Under the pieces are notes generated by a model. That model saw only the letters and a program-made list of their open reading frames with translations. It was not told the DNA's origin and did no database searches. A stretch of 64,000 bases of DNA, taken from positions 372,001-436,000 of the forward strand of contig JAMWBK010000008.1 of the NCBI GenBank assembly GCA_029953675.1. Reading direction: 5' to 3'. Source of the DNA: Rhodosorus marinus CCMP1338. Lineage: Eukaryota; Plantae; Rhodophyta. Position 1 is the first letter of the stretch. Every line of letters starts with the position of its first letter. Position numbers and translations under genes: made by a program. This document shows, piece after piece, positions 49,780 to 60,949 of this stretch.

Positions 49780-50720
49780 AGCCAAATTAATCTGAACTTC
49801 TTGTTCTTTCAACTGTACATTGGACGCTTTCAGCAAAGGAAGGACTTCAAGGACTACCTGTTACGTGAGGAGCATCACCCCGGACATGGGGTCTTTTCGG
49901 GTGCCGAGACAAGCATAAGATAAGCTTTTCTGCTGTAGAGGACTAACCAGCGATTCAAAGACAGTTCCGTGAGGAGGCTGTCGAGACTCCCTGTGGATCT
50001 GCGAAAGAGTTCACGAAGTCAACGAGAACCTGCACTATCAATTAAGCGGGTGTGTGTATCATCCTGTGGTAGGGCAGGAGTTTCGGGAAGTAGCTAGCAA
50101 CTTATTGGGCGAGCACCTGTCTGTCAATGCGATTGAATGCGTTTTGCAGGTCCGGGCGTAGAAGCGCGGGTTCCGGAGAGGCACTCAGGGACGCTCGAAT
50201 GGTGCGCACAATCTGCTTACACACAGAATGAACTTAAGCTTAAATAACAGAAGGCCTCGTTCACTTGAGCGTACGGGATGATCGCGGAGGCTTGGATGCC
50301 CAGCTGTACTGGTACGAACAGATCTCTCGCACAGTTTCGGAGTCACTGAGAGAGTACTAGCAACGTCATCTTCTCAGGGTCTCAGGAATTGTAATGGGTT
50401 GGAGCTTTGGGTGGTCGGGAGCGGAGCCCCTCCTTTGGCAGGGGAATCACACGTGACACCCCGAACAAACATCGGAACTCCTCCATTAATTGACTAGGCC
50501 GAGAGTCTATTCGGCGCAACAGCTTCGAGACCAACCTCAGAGTCGGGACCGGGAGGACTTGCAACTGCTCCGCCGCTTGGCCCTGCGGCCCTGGCGCACT
50601 TCAGGTTATCAATACCGTCCAGTAGCTCCTTATCAAAAGCATCAGCGCGAAGAGTATTTGGTTTGGCAGGGTCGGGTAGGTGCTGTAGACCCGAGGTGAA
50701 CATCAGGGGCTGATCGCTTT
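49780..50720 (-). mobile_element. CRE-like retrotransposon RT-domain remnant
   Basis: LDGIDNLKCARAAGPSG, RVIPLPKEG..RP, PVQLG, DLQNAFNRIDRQ..FPKLLP and QINL in RT order, with stops and frameshifts. Confidence 0.8.
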
Positions 50721-51517
50721 TGCTGACTCCAAGAACAGCGGAGTATGAACTCTCATCTAATTATTATTTTGATATTCACTGAATCAGAACCATGAAAAAA
50801 AATAAAATCTGCAAAATTCCAAAATTATCATTGATACATTAAATATTTTCAAGTATATTATAACAAATACAAAAACATGGATCAAAAGGGTATTTTTTGT
50901 AATCCAAAACATTTTTCAGTTCATGAAAAGATAATAGTTTCTAGATCAGTATATTTATACTCTAAAACGATTTCGTGCAAATATATGAATAATAAATATA
51001 TTTGGAGATATACCAAAAATATTATTAATACTTTATTAAACAATGAATAGAATAAATATTTCGAGATTCCTTCGTATTACTTTTAAAAACCAGTAGAGCG
51101 TGGACAGTATGGATTATATTTTTGGATTGTTAATTATTTGTTTATTTGTTTATATTTACGACCTCTTTGCTCCATGCGAAAAATGTACACAGTTGGCATG
51201 AGGTTTTTGGTTGGGAATCATCAGGGTTGTCTGGTGTGGTAGCAAGTGTCTTCTTGAATCAAGATCAGAGCCTTTGTATGAATTTCTAGGTAACATAACA
51301 GAGCAATTATAGGCTCTGGATGGTGCAGTCAGCCACTCCCATTAAACACTTGAATGACGAAACGGCGCACATCCGCGAATCCTCAACTATTGGGGTAGGG
51401 CTCTGGAGATCTGGCAGGAATGGATTCTGCGCGGGAGCGTGCGAGAGGGACGAAGGGTTTGTAAGACACGATTCTACGCTTTGCTTTCATATTTCTGGAT
51501 CTATTTGATAGTCAGCA

Positions 51518-51997
51518 ATGGCGTTTGTGGGATATCTCCAAGTCAAAGTCTTTCGATCTGGATGTAGAGTTCAGGGACGATGTTACCGGCAGTTATCGAA
51601 TTTGAGGAGGAACTCGGAGGCCTTCGATAGAATGGAGGAGATTGTGGATAAGCTTGGGAAGGAATGTCCATGGACGAAATCTCAAAGTTCTGATTCGATT
51701 ATCAAGCATATTAGAGAGGAAGTTGAGGAGGTGGAGGATGAGATAGAGAGGAACGAGGAGTTGAGTTTGATCGAGGAAGAGCTGGGAGATGTGGTTTTCA
51801 ACATTCTGCTCCTGTCGGAGGTGCTGCAGAAGGAGAGCAAGGGAGGCTTCAAACTGGAGAGAGGTATTTTAAAAACTGCAGACAAGGTGATGCGAAGATC
51901 CCCCCACGTTTTTGGCGGAGAAAAGGCCACAACGGTGCAAGAGGCGATGGACCTATGGCAACGGGAAAAGAAGAGGGAAAAGGGAATTCTTCCGTGA
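51518..51997 (+). CDS. mazG: Plastid-targeted single-domain MazG-like nucleoside-triphosphate pyrophosphohydrolase
   Basis: MAFVG..transit peptide; CPWTKSQS..EEVEEV..EELGDVVFNILL..KVMRRSPHVFG..WQREK are MazG N-domain motifs. Confidence 0.9.
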   Translation: MAFVGYLQVKVFRSGCRVQGRCYRQLSNLRRNSEAFDRMEEIVDKLGKECPWTKSQSSDSIIKHIREEVEEVEDEIERNEELSLIEEELGDVVFNILLLSEVLQKESKGGFKLERGILKTADKVMRRSPHVFGGEKATTVQEAMDLWQREKKREKGILP

Positions 51998-52354
51998 AAC
52001 TCAGATAACTGGGTTCATGCAACTCCCAAGTTAGCTGCTTTGATCGGGTACCGTGATCTCAAAAAAAATCCGACCAACTATATCCCACGAACATGAACAA
52101 TCAGATTCCCACGCGATGAAATCTGGACCTGAAAGATCGAGCTCGGATTCAGAACTTTGACAAACGCGAAGGGCTATAGACGAGCCCTCCTGCTCAGGAG
52201 GGGCTTGTTTCAATCTACCTGACCTAGGTCGGGAGGCTGGGCATCCCATTTTCCTCCCTTGTGCGAAGATCCTGTGTGACATTGGATTAATTATGCATCG
52301 CATGCTTAGAAATAGGGTTTGAACTTTGTAGAAAAAATAGTAGAACAGTGATGA

Positions 52355-52828
52355 TCATCCGTAGTTCTGGTTGCGGGAAAGCGGCCCGGTGAATCCGCCA
52401 CCTTGTGAAAGCAAGTTCGGCGATATGTTAGCGCTGTCGATAATAGCTTGTACAATGATCGAAGCAGACTCTACTTCAATAAAAAAGTAGTAAACACTTG
52501 ATTCAATGAGACCTGCGGCCTTCACAATTAGCTCTGAGCTCTTAGTCTTGAAGCTCCCAGAAACAGTGGACTCACTCAATGACTCAGCTCGGACATAAAC
52601 CAAGCACTCTGTATAAGGCTCAGGAGGTAGAACCTTTAAGATCCTAATGAAAGATACCTAACGGACCTCAGATCAAATCCCTTCAGGAAGTGATGACATC
52701 GCATCGCTCCTGCCCAGGACTTGATAGATGAGATCGAGCTTTCCTTCCACCACATCCAAAGATGCAAGCAGTACCAAGACCCTGAAGCAAGCAAGAGCCT
52801 AGCTCCTGACACTGCGATATTCTTCCAT
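52355..52828 (-). pseudogene. Possible pseudogene of a secreted protein (single frame with three in-frame stops)
   Basis: From ATG 52828: MEEYRSVRS*ALACFRVLVLLASLDVVEGKLDLIYQ..LPEGI*SEVR*VSFIRILKV..running into ORF 52355-52603. Confidence 0.35.
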
Positions 52829-53239
52829 TAAGTGGGAAACACATTTTTAAGTGTCATCTTGAATAAAAAATTAAAAATACTTTTGACTAGTTAAAGAACT
52901 TTTAGAAGAATAAAAAAGCAGATCAATCTTTTATAGTGATTGCTTATAGATGACACTTAAAACTGAAAAGTAAGGAATATGCACTATTTCTAGAATGCAG
53001 TTGATCGTCACCAACACTATCAGTCCGTTTTTTATATTGACTATAAGTATACTTAATTAACGAAATTAATTCGGAGTTCAATCTTTTATGTTGATTGTTC
53101 TACGTGACACTTTTGATGTTTTGTAATGGAGTCTGCACCAGATATGTTCTTGGAAGAGTTTTGGGATGGAAGGGTCCTGAGGAAGATGACGAGGAAGCAG
53201 ATGGATAGCTCGTCACGTTTCGACTATACATAAGGAATA

Positions 53240-53644
53240 ATGCGATCCATTGGAAGATTGAATCATGTGGCCGTTGCTGTGAAGAACTGTGACAGTGCGG
53301 CCAAGCTGTGGCGGACGCTGGGTTTGGAAGTGAACAAGGTGGACAGGTTACCTGAGCACGGTGTGAAGGTGGCGTTTGTAGAGCTGGAAAATAGTAAAGT
53401 AGAGCTCCTCGAACCCATTGGCAAGAATTCTCCTATTAATGGGTTTCTTGATAGGAGCCCGGTGGGTGGAATTCACCATATCTGTGTGGAGGTGGACAAT
53501 GTTCGGGAAATGATGAAGAAGGTACAGACGCATGGTATCAGGGTCCTTTCTGACGAACCTAAAATTGGTGCACACGGAAAGCCAGTAGTATTTCTGCATC
53601 CAAAGGATTGCAATGGTGTTCTTCTTGAGCTTGAAGAGAGATAG
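53240..53644 (+). CDS. MCEE: Methylmalonyl-CoA epimerase (VOC family); possible upstream presequence exon from 53116
   Basis: IGRLNHVAVAV, LPEHGVKVAFVEL, ELLEPIG, GGIHHICVEVD, IGAHGKPVVFLHPKDCNGVLLELEE. Confidence 0.95.
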   Translation: MRSIGRLNHVAVAVKNCDSAAKLWRTLGLEVNKVDRLPEHGVKVAFVELENSKVELLEPIGKNSPINGFLDRSPVGGIHHICVEVDNVREMMKKVQTHGIRVLSDEPKIGAHGKPVVFLHPKDCNGVLLELEER

Positions 53645-54102
53645 ATTAGAGAGCGAAATCCTTATCAGTACTTAGCGGACTTTCGAGCGGGGACTTTTCC
53701 TTCATTCTAGCGAAAGCCGGGCCAGGCAGTTTCCATGGAATACGTAGGATTCTCTTCCCATGCAAGTTCTAATAAAAGAGAGCACACACTACCCACACAG
53801 TCAGCAGCTCTGTGTTTTCGCTGCCCGCAGATGATGTGTAGACTACAACGGGTATTTGGTCCGTTTCGATTGTGATAATATTCTAAGGATTTGATCGGAT
53901 GCTGGGCGAGCAGCCAATCAAAGGATCCTGATAAGCTTCAATTTCAAGCCGCGCCTGTCCCGTAGATGCACTCATCCGATTCTATTGAATGCGTTGAATG
54001 GTTGATGCCCGGAGCGGGAACTGAACATTTGTCATCTACGCCACCTCCGGTGCGAGCGCGCTCTGCTTGCTGAGGCTGCAGTCATATCGCTTTTTCTCAG
54101 CG

Positions 54103-54640
54103 CTACAATCTGTTTCCAAAGAGCACGCAGCGACAACGAAAGAAACAATATAGAGCAAATGGTTTCAAACGCTTCGCCCGCGATGGCTTCTCTCTGTCTT
54201 CGAGCACATTAATTTTGGACTTGAATGTTCTGTTTCTCTGCAATAGCTTGTTTGAGAAACCTACGACCCTGGAATCCCACAAAAACGGAATCCAGTCGAA
54301 GGGGCTCTCAGTGCTTTTCGAGATTGGTCCTCCTGTAGCAATGTTTAACATCTGGTCGCGGCCGACCCTCTCCTCGGTGGTGGATAGGAGGAGCCACTGC
54401 CTCTCTGCCTGCTCTTCTTCTCTACATCAATCTAAAGTCATCCACAGCATTCTATGCGGGGGGAGAAGACCACCGTTCCGGATTGCCTTTCTCCCCAGAA
54501 CAGACGAGTTGAGCTGTCTCGGTATGTCATTGTGCTCCAATACCAGAGCTTCCTCGTCCCATCTCAATCGTCCGCAATCCAGTCTCAATCGAAAGTTTCA
54601 GGACAGACAACTCCTCCGAATAATCTGGATCCATGAAGCC
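54103..54640 (-). CDS. Possible spliced hypothetical gene
   Basis: Coding-like frames MDPDYSEELSVLKLSIETG.. and EEEQAERQWLLL..PFDWIPFLWDSR.. are present, but I could not reconcile splice phases. Confidence 0.25.
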
Positions 54641-54983
54641 ACCTATCTGCTCCTTTTCTTCTACATTAGTGCTCCTGATCGCCTGCCAAATCGATCCATA
54701 GTTGAGAAAAGCCGCCCGCAGGGAGCGGATTCAGCAGTATAGTCTTGGATCAGAGGAGCCCTCTACTGAATATTATTCCGAGAAACTCTGACAGCTCCTT
54801 TTCTTCAGATCAAGTTCCTTGTCCGGTCAAGGATCGATCCATGTTCATCCGATCTCACCGCTTTTGAGATTATCCTTTAAAGAGGATGAAAACCGTTGGA
54901 TTAGATGCAATGGGAACGGTGAAGGTGAGGGGTGCAGCAAGGATATGTGGAATAGACTGCTGAGGTTTTTGACGGTCAAAAGG

Positions 54984-56770
54984 ATGGAGCATAAGGGACT
55001 CTTTATCATCCTGCTGTCTCTAAGTATTGTTCTTGGACCTGTGGGATCGATCACTGGCGCTCCGGAAGATTTTGAGCAGCGTTTGAGATCGGCTAAGGTG
55101 ATCTGTGGAGAAGCTGGGAGTTTTGTGCAAGCTAGGACGGTTTTAACTGAGGATATTGTCAACGATAACTTTTGTGATTGTGAGGATGGATCCGATGAGC
55201 CTGGAACCTCTGCTTGTTCTAACGGGAGGTTTTTTTGCAGATTCGATGGCGTGAACGGAAGGTATTTGAAAGCTTCTGGGTGAGCGAATAGCTGATCGTC
55301 TCGTGCTTTTATGAAACTCTAAAATGAGCTGCTTAAGAATTGAATCTCGTGTGTGATCAGAGTAAACGACGGCGTATGTGACTGCTGTGATGGATCCGAT
55401 GAGTACGATCATCCAATACAGTGCAAAGACCACTGCGAAGCGGATCGCGCGAATCGGATCAAAGAGCTTGAAGAGAAGATTGAACTTACAAAGAACGGTA
55501 GGTCCAGCGTAGTAACCTCGCACGAGTAGCGAATCTATTCCGAACGTGCTGACGAGCCTTTGCAACATCCGAAGGTCTGAAAGCTCTGGAGGAGCTCGAG
55601 AAGCAGAAAGATGAACACCGTGCAAACCTTCACAGGAGCATGCAGAGAATCAACTTCACGATCGATGGTAGTTACGTGAAGTACTTGAAAAACAATGTCG
55701 CAATGAATAGAATGCGGGGGTTGAGATGGGCAGTCCCAGGTAAGCCAAAGTCACTCGTTTTCACGGTTTCACAAGGTGTGCTTTCAATATCCTTCCTTAA
55801 AACCTAGATTACTGTTGTTTCTGCACTGCATACCTGATCTAGATCACAAGTACAGGAAATTAGAAACCGACGAGAAACGGAAGCTCCCTGCGAGCCTCAT
55901 ATCAAACACTGCAGATGATAGCAAAGAGAACGAACACCGGGCCTTTCCTGTAGATCAAATGTGCGTAGAGTTGTACCAACGAACGAAGATTACGAATTAT
56001 CCGTTCCTTTGGTTCGAAGCCGTGGCCGTCAGACTGTTCTCGGTCCTGGCCCTTGGACCGATCTGGGAGATGGTGCATCCCACTGGCATTTCCAGCACTT
56101 TAGACAACGACCTGATCGATGAATGTTTCAACAAGTTTAAGATAGCTTCTTCCAAGCTCCTTGAACTGAAGGAATCGTTTTCCTCTCAGAGAAATGATCT
56201 CCGGAAACTTCAGAAGACCCTTTTCGAGGAGCCGGTGAGGCCAAACCCATCTAGGACCGGTCGTTTTGTTAGAAAGAGAGAGCTCAGCGACTATGGTCTC
56301 TCCCTCTTGCAATGGACAGGAGGAAGAAACGACAGATGGATTGGTTGGTATGTCAGCAGAATGTTACCAGTTCAATGACAAGGTCTACTTGTACGAAGTC
56401 TGTCCGTTCACATCGATAAAGCAGTTCGAGAGCGGTAGCTTTGTGGGCTATCTCGGGAAGTGGGATAGGTGGGAAAATGGAATCCAGTTGTATTCAGACG
56501 GAATGACCTGTTTGCAAGGGTCCATTGCTCAGAGTAGTATCAAACTATCGTGTGGACTGAGCAACTCAATAGTATCAGTTCAAGAGGTGATTTTGCAACA
56601 TCACGCCCAACCCTACTCTAAGTACGTCTCTGATATTCGTTTTCATTTTTGCGGCATGACAGACTGTGAAATGTGTATGGGAGTTCTCTATGACAACCCC
56701 TGCAGCATGTACGACCAGTATGCTGGCTGAGCTCGAGGATCTGCTCAAAGTTACTTCCGGTTCTTCCTAG
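54984..56770 (+). CDS. PRKCSH: Glucosidase II beta subunit (PRKCSH/GTB1), multi-exon
   Basis: Signal peptide; VNDNFCDCEDGSDEPGTSAC..VNDGVCDCCDGSDE; C-terminal MRH domain ECY..YLYEVCPF..YSDGMTC..IKLSCG..TTPAAC. Confidence 0.92.
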
Positions 56771-57350
56771 TTCCGCGATTCTCTAAATTGGCAGGAGTGT
56801 GTTTATTTCTTCGGCTGGAAACAAATCAAGCGACTCTGTCGAGAGCTGGTACACAGAAAACCTGGAGAGCACCTCGAACCAAGGCTTGGTAGAATATCTA
56901 GGCCGGTATCCTTCGAAGCAGCCAAGCGACAAAGACTCCCAGATATTGGCGAAAACTGGCATTCAGCCAACATGCGCACCACTTCGGAGGTTGGAGAGCG
57001 ATAGCTCCCTGCTTTATATGATCACGTGGGGGAACACTGGTGTCAGGAGCTAGACATAGTCTTTGTGATCGTTTATCAACGTACGAAAAACATCACCATA
57101 TCGGGACCAGCGGAAGTAAAAAGAAAAGTGTTCGTTCCTCAGTTTATATATCACTGTTGGACCTTCAAGCAACGAGCTCGCATTTCTTGAACAAGAGCTT
57201 CCTGATCAGTGCAGTTGCAAGGCTTACAAGGCAGTAAATCATTGGAACAAAACGTCTCAGTCCAATCCATCACTGTCAATACAGACAAATCCGGCCCATA
57301 CCACATTTCTAGTTATATATATTTTTTATAAAATACTAAGTTTTGCAAGG

Positions 57351-57432
57351 GTTGTCGTGGCCGAGTGGTTAAGGCGACAGACTAGAAATCTGTTGGGCTC
57401 TGCCCGCGCAGGTTCGAATCCTGCCGACAACG
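57351..57432 (+). tRNA. trnS-AGA: tRNA-Ser (anticodon AGA), 82 nt
   Basis: GTTGTCGTGGCCGAGTGGTTAAGGCG-ACAGA-CTAGAAA-TCTGT-TGGGCTCTGCCCG-CGCAGGTTCGAATCCTGC-CGACAAC-G, with a long variable arm. Confidence 0.97.
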
Positions 57433-57844
57433 TTCCTTTTTCAACGGAAAATATATATACGTTTTCATATAGAAATGAGTTTTATTAAAAAACATAATCG
57501 AAAAGTTCCGTTTTTCATTTTTGTTGTTCTGGGTGTCAGGAGCCGTTGATGAGGTCCGAGATTTGGCCGTAATTTTTTTCTGGTAAATTTGACTTAGTCG
57601 ATTTTGGATCGGATTAAGTGGATTTGATGGCCTCCTAGGGACTTGGTCCTGGTTGGCAAAGGGGAAAGAGACAGAAGAGCAAAGGATGGTTTTGGAATTG
57701 AGGAGGATTTTCAACATCTTCCTTTGTAGACTAGGTTCCTTTTCTTGTCGTTGAGGACCGATCTTCGGGCATTTTTGGTGGAGCCTGAGCTTTGACGGGG
57801 GCCTTCTTTTCCCTGATAGAGTCAAAGACAAGGGTTTAGTGGAA

Positions 57845-59310
57845 ATGGCGGACTGGAAAAGCATCCTTGTGGGAGGGGTTAAGAACGAGCTGGAGGTAGC
57901 TCAGGTTACTTCAAGGTATTCGCGCTTGACCCCATCGGTGAGGAATAACATAGTTGTAGTCTTTCGAGGAGAATCTCGAACTTACTTGACAGCTGTACGG
58001 CATAGTACTCGAGCACACGGCAGTGGAAACGAGATCTATAGCAAGAAAACCAACGGTAACGCGTTTCACAGCTAGTAGAGGTCGAAAATAGGAGCAGTAA
58101 CACAAAACTGACGGCGTTGTCGGCCTCGTATACCTTTCGGTCTAGAATGGAAAAGGTTTATCCTTGAGGATCGCTGGAACAAAACTCCACTGGACATCAG
58201 TCCTGAAGAATCGCTTGAATTAGGAAGAGGGGGGAGGAAATCTAAAGCGCAGAAGCCACTCCGCAAAGTCCATATCAGGAAACGCAGCAGTTCGCGAACT
58301 TTTTCTGCCACTCGTTTGCGAATAGTCAGCAAAGATGACGAACCCCTCAGCTCGTCGTCGGAACACGGAGACCGGTACATAGAGCTGGAAAAGGCGGTTA
58401 GATCTCGGGCACGGGTGAGCTTCCGAGCAGTGTACACCAAACAGGGCGGAAATTTTTTTTTTTTAACGGACATCTTTTTTTATTCGCTTCATGGACAAGC
58501 TAGATGGAGAAACGGAAGGTCACTGCGCAAGCTATTCAAAAAAAGAAAGGCACGTCCCTATAAGTTTGACTCGATGACTATGTAGAATCCAGGGGTACTT
58601 CATTGCGCGAGACGTACCGGCTAATCGCCCAGCATCTCCGGACCTCGATCACAGCATTGGAACAACGCGTGAGCGAGGCCGAAACTGAACTTGTGTCCAA
58701 ATTCAGGGCCAGCGAAGCACAGACGATGAAAAGCTTGAAAACATCTGAAGATGACCAGGATAGTCTCATGAGAGAAGTCCAGCGCGACCTCTTGAGCATG
58801 GAGGTGTGAGCACCATGCTGTCTCTAGTTCACATGCGATTGGCCTGGCTAACAGCTCCCTCTCCCTCCAGAATGCGGACAAACTGTTGAACGAAATCGTA
58901 GAGCTAAGGCAGGTAGTCGAACATAGACTCGAAGAGGCAGTTAGCCACGAACTCAGAAAGGCTAGGCAAGTTTCTCAATTCCAACAAAAACGAAAAAAAG
59001 AGGCAATGGCTTTCAACAGGTGGCGAATTCTGAAACTTTAAGCTTATCGATATGCAGGGAACTCCTCAGCAATGAGGATCGAAAGCTTCAAGAGTCTCTA
59101 TTGAGTATTTCAAGGAAATTTCAAGAAAAAATCATCAGAAGCGTAAGGCGAAAGAATGCACTGGCAGGAGCTGCGCTGCTGCTCGAGGAGACGCAAAATT
59201 TCGTACATTTCGAGGACGGCGGAGGACACTTGGCTCCCGCGGCAGGCGAGAAGCCATCAACGTTATCCCGAACAAAAATGTCCGGGATGGAAAGCAACAA
59301 GCGGCCTTGA
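57845..59310 (+). CDS. Hypothetical multi-exon coiled-coil protein
   Basis: Successive plus-strand exons (~57845-57915, ~58148-58413, ~58600-58801, ~58871-58967, ~59057-59310) bounded by GT-AG and encoding heptad-like E/L/R-rich segments. Confidence 0.55.
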
Positions 59311-59491
59311 AGTGACACTCGTGGGATGATAGCATCCGCTTCGTCACTTTGTTTTAGGTTTAAATTTGTTTTAATCCGTTGGTTGGAGTCTTTGAAACCA
59401 GTTTCCTCTGGAATCGAATCATCGCCGAAAACTTGATGAATGGCTCGCAGTTTCCCTAGCTCTATACAATACTATTTACAAGAACGCACTT

Positions 59492-60145
59492 CTAATACGC
59501 AACGCCAAGATACTCTCCACCGATCCCATGCTTGGGGAGGTAATCGCATGGACGGGGGGGGTCATCGCCCCTATGTTCCGTTAGGTACCGTGCAGTGGTG
59601 AACAGGAGCGTAACTGAGGACGGGTCAGGACCGTCCCCCATGTTGGATGTGGACGGTTGCTTCCCTCGAAACGTCCGCATCGCCTTCTCCTTGAAGTTGA
59701 ACATGTTAACGGACATGTCACCATCTGAGTTTCCTGAATGTACACTCAAACACGGGCTGTAAGCATGTATGACGCTATCGACAAAGGTCATAACGTCCGA
59801 TTTCGTATTCAGAGGAATTTGCTCCACTTCGAAATCTGTCAGGAACACTTCAACACCGTTCACGCTCTCACTCGACAACCTGATTACTGCTTCTGCTCTT
59901 CCAGAAAACCCAGTCAAAACTGCCGTCCCACACCCTCGGTACAAAACAGCACGCCCAACAATCCTTCCACGAATATTCCTCATAACAAACTCAATCCTCT
60001 CTCCATCCTTTTTCTTCTGCATTGTGTATCTAAGCGATCCAGTCTTGTCCAAGCATTTCCACCACCGCCTGAACGAACCGCGTTTCACCTGAAGGACATT
60101 CGGCTTCCGCTCAAGGTAAGTCAACCTCGTCAGATCCATCTTCAA
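59492..60145 (-). CDS. Hypothetical 217-aa protein (beta-rich, weakly reminiscent of tubby-C/LURP-one fold)
   Basis: Intact ATG ORF with G-rich leader upstream. The fold guess is weak. Confidence 0.6.
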   Translation of the reverse strand: MKMDLTRLTYLERKPNVLQVKRGSFRRWWKCLDKTGSLRYTMQKKKDGERIEFVMRNIRGRIVGRAVLYRGCGTAVLTGFSGRAEAVIRLSSESVNGVEVFLTDFEVEQIPLNTKSDVMTFVDSVIHAYSPCLSVHSGNSDGDMSVNMFNFKEKAMRTFRGKQPSTSNMGDGPDPSSVTLLFTTARYLTEHRGDDPPRPCDYLPKHGIGGEYLGVAY

Positions 60146-60949
60146 ATTTCAGAATTGAAAACGATACCACCGCCTCACCATCAACATCTTACGCACAAGT
60201 GGAACCAACCAGAAGGTATACCAAACCATCTTCCCCTTCAGCCTCTAGCACCTCACCCGCTACTTCTCAGTCTCCATGCACATATACCTTTCTTTTTACG
60301 CAAAGGTGGGCAACTCTATTTGTCCCCTCCATAACCCAATATGAACTCCTATGCCACCACATTCGCCAACGTCCATACTGACAACTACTTTAACCAATCA
60401 TATCTCCGTTCACAACGGTGCTATTAAATTCTATCTATTTAAACTATAATTTAGCCAATCATACCTCGTTTCACAACAGATGCGCTACATTTTATTGTAT
60501 TTACAAATTTTCGAGAATCCAACAGATCGCGATTGTTTTTGGTATTTTTCCGTTATTCCTTTTCGAAGCGAAAATCAAACATCCAATAGAATCGTGTTAT
60601 TCACCGCTCGTTCCGCAAAGACCGATTTTAATAACTAAAAAAGAGAACAAACTGCCTTGTTTACAGTATCGAAGAAATCACTGTTCTCCTGACAGTAGCT
60701 GGCAAACCACAAAACCCCTTGGAAAACATGGAAAGCTACAAACTGTCAATCCCTAACTCCCCTAGACGATTTTCAACCAAATCGCATTTTAGCTAATAAA
60801 ATAAAACAAATAAAGTTTTCGAGAAATTAATTCCAGCCCTTGTTGAAGACGGACAAAAACTTGTACTTTATCTTACCCCCTCCCCTGTAGAGTACTGTAA
60901 AGGCTTTCTAGAAAGCTTCCTTACGGGTCTATCGATGCGTTAGGAAATC

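Noticed and set aside
54215-54742. 175-aa plus-strand ORF
   Set aside because: Composition looks like the antisense shadow of coding-like minus-strand frames.
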